DNA from: an uncultured Erysipelotrichaceae bacterium
Lineage (GTDB): Bacteria; Bacillota_I; Bacilli_A; Erysipelotrichales; Erysipelotrichaceae
Direction of reading: 5' to 3'
Length of the DNA stretch: 6,166 bases
Assembly: GCA_964457525.1 (NCBI GenBank)
Contig: CAYWGS010000091.1
Coordinates: 1-6,166, forward strand
Below the pieces are notes generated by a model. That model did no database searches, had not been told where the DNA came from, and saw only the letters and a list, made by a program, of their open reading frames with translations. Every line of letters starts with the position of its first letter. Position 1 is the stretch's first letter. Positions 6,165 to 6,166 of this stretch are shown here, one piece after another. A program made the position numbers and the translations under genes.

Positions 6165-6166
6165 AG

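Noticed and set aside
1-6166. CRISPR arrays, transposase/IS ends, toxin-antitoxin or defence-system genes, and recoding (TGA-Trp)
   Set aside because: There are no spaced direct repeats and no terminal inverted repeats bracketing genes. All five long ORFs are accounted for by the Opp transporter. Trp is encoded by TGG, and the ORFs are intact under the standard code.

Overview
Low-GC bacterial DNA (standard genetic code) with Gram-positive (Bacillota-like) expression signals: AGGAGG-type Shine-Dalgarno sites, a consensus sigma-A promoter and a lipoprotein substrate-binding protein. From left to right the window holds four things. (1) About 200 bp of unresolved flank containing a 9-bp-arm inverted repeat. 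(2) A stand-alone tRNA-His(GUG) gene with encoded G-1 and CCA, a plausible promoter of its own and a clear rho-independent terminator. (3) An AT-rich control region of about 150 bp with a perfect 21-bp palindrome and a TTGACA-16-TATAAT promoter. (4) A complete, tightly packed five-gene oligopeptide/dipeptide-type ABC importer in oppA-B-C-D-F order: family-5 binding lipoprotein, two permeases, two ATPases. A hairpin sits between the binding-protein gene and the first permease gene. Two ORF-track starts (2134 and 3071) are over-extended; the real starts are ATG 2194 and ATG 3131, each behind a strong SD. I see no evidence of a novel or undescribed system. The coding content is a canonical housekeeping peptide transporter, and there are no CRISPR, mobile-element or defence-like signatures. 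The only parts not fully explained are non-coding: the 21-bp palindrome, the left-flank inverted repeat and the left-edge coding potential. A few minor sequence peculiarities of the ATPases are also reported, at modest interest.
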